Source of the DNA: Saccostrea echinata | Lineage: Eukaryota | NCBI RefSeq assembly: GCF_033153115.1 | Contig: NW_026889756.1 | Location: 2,914,001-2,978,000 of the forward strand | Direction: 5' to 3' | DNA length: 64,000 nucleotides | Part shown: piece by piece, positions 62,301-64,000 of the stretch | How positions within the stretch are numbered: position 1 is the stretch's first letter | Layout of the letters: each line of letters begins with the position of its first letter | Translations under genes and position numbers: made by a program | The notes under the pieces: generated by a model | The model's input: only the letters and a program-made list of their open reading frames with translations | Database searches by the model: none | What the model was told of the DNA's origin: nothing

Positions 62301-64000
62301 TTGGTCATTTTCATAATAATTATTTGGGGTAAATTTTACTTTTCTTTCATCTCAGCCATACAAAATCTAAATGAACGCATTACATTATAAATTAGTTATC
62401 TTGAGCTGATAGTGAACTCCCTGTAAGCTTTTGAAATTCATTAAACAGAGAACGTCATTTTGACTCAAAGTGAGTGTAATTTTACCTTTAGTACACATGT
62501 ACATGATGTATGACAGTGAAACTATACCTGAAATATTTTTCTTTGGTTTAAGTGGGGAAACACTAAAGTTTGAACCCCCCCCCCCCCCGGAAAAAAAAAT
62601 GAAATTTAAAAAAGGGCCTTGATCAATTAACATTAATATTTCTTTTAAGGTTCATTTTTACCTAAAACTATTTGGAAAGCTTCTTTAAAATATTTTCCAG
62701 AACATAAAGTCTGTAATAAATGGAATAATGAGATGTCCTCATAAAATATGACATAAAAATCAAAATATAATGTGACTCTTTCTCTGCTAATATTTGGGAA
62801 TCAAGATTTCAACAATGGGCATTATACATATCCTCAACATCTGGATGCATGTAAAGGGAACTCTTATACACCGGAAATTGCCATATTTTCCCCACCTTAT
62901 CGTATTGTTTGATATTATTTCAGTAAAGTATATACACATTGTAACTTGGTATAATTTAATTTTCTTTGTATTCTAGCCTCTGATTGGTTAATATCCAAAA
63001 AGGAACACAAATTATTTCTGTATAACCTGGTTTGGTATGGGGACCCCCCCCCCCCCCCCCCCGACAACCAGCTGAATCATCTGTATCCATACAATCCTCT
63101 CATTTCCAGTCCTCGGGATTCATGGAAAATTCCAGATTAAATAAATGTACCTTTAACTTCAAACAATAATTCGATTTTACCACATGTAAACAAACAACGA
63201 GGTTGCTAGGACTATGTATCAGTTTTTACCTCCCCTCGCTTCCCATCACTTCCGTTACTATGGTTGTATTATTGAGCGGCAAATTTGAACTAATAAAAAG
63301 CAAAGAAATTTTACACCCATAATTATTTAATGATGATAATGATAATAATGATGAAAAAAATCTTAATATACAATTAACTTTCTTACTTTGCTGCAATTCT
63401 ATAATCTGATAAGAGATAAATTTCAAAGTTCTTACAATTTTATGCAATAAGTTCCTAAATCCCAACCCCCCCCCCCCCCCTTTAAAAAAGAACAAACAAA
63501 CAAACAAAACAAAACAAAATAAAAAAAAAAGCCTTAACAATGTGCAACAACAAATTTATAAGCCCTGCACAAACTGAAATCTAAAAAAACTGCAATATTT
63601 TCATATGTTCAGTTTAGCGATGTTATTTAAGATGTGTATACTGTCTATAGTGTCTACTGAGGTCAACATGTAAAAAAAAAAAAAAAAGAATAAATGGATG
63701 ATATACATTGCACGGCAATAACTTGTTACCCCTCCCCCTCTAAAAGAACACACCTAGAGAGTGATACTATGCCTAAAATCAATGTAGCTTTTGACATATA
63801 TACTACAGGTATGCTTTAGGTTAACTATTAGGTTAACATAATTTTCATGAACAGATGGTTTAAAAATATAGATAGTAATAGACATTAAATTATTGATATA
63901 ATTAGATTCATGTCAGTATTATGTTTTGGATATTTTAATGTTTCTTTCCTATGGATAGTCATGCCCTGTTATTAATTAACTTATTATTACAAAACGTGTG

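Noticed and set aside
63150-63290. Possible promoter or first exon of another gene (ACTTCCG, X-box-like halves, - strand donor near 63229)
   Set aside because: No linked coding exons could be identified within the window.

Overview
AT-rich, intron-containing animal genomic DNA. The repeat families (168-170 bp satellites inside Helentron/HINE-like elements, V-domain SINEs, Penelope RT) suggest an oyster or related bivalve (inference). Five protein-coding genes could be assembled by hand with consistent splice phases: the 5' part of DDX18 (- strand, runs off the left edge), an uncharacterised 190-aa multipass membrane protein with intramembrane His/Asp/Glu residues (-), a complete 21-exon RPGR (-, 870 aa; RCC1 repeats, Glu/Lys-rich region, CTIL CaaX), PIGZ (-, 580 aa) and, head-to-head with it, NCBP2/CBP20 (+, 162 aa, with a U12-type intron). 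Introns and intergenic DNA are full of MITEs, HINEs, SINEs and minisatellites. The most notable observations are: (1) a complete 359-bp miniature LTR retroelement whose LTRs carry tRNA-like Pol III A/B boxes; (2) unrelated elements ending in long fold-backs that share GNA triloops and tandem G.A mismatches on one strand only, pointing to an ssDNA-hairpin-based mobility system; (3) repeated tandem amplification of exon edges and splice sites along RPGR; (4) a second, frame-shifted CaaX box in the last RPGR exon; (5) the uncharacterised membrane protein. All coordinates were read by eye and no database searches were run.
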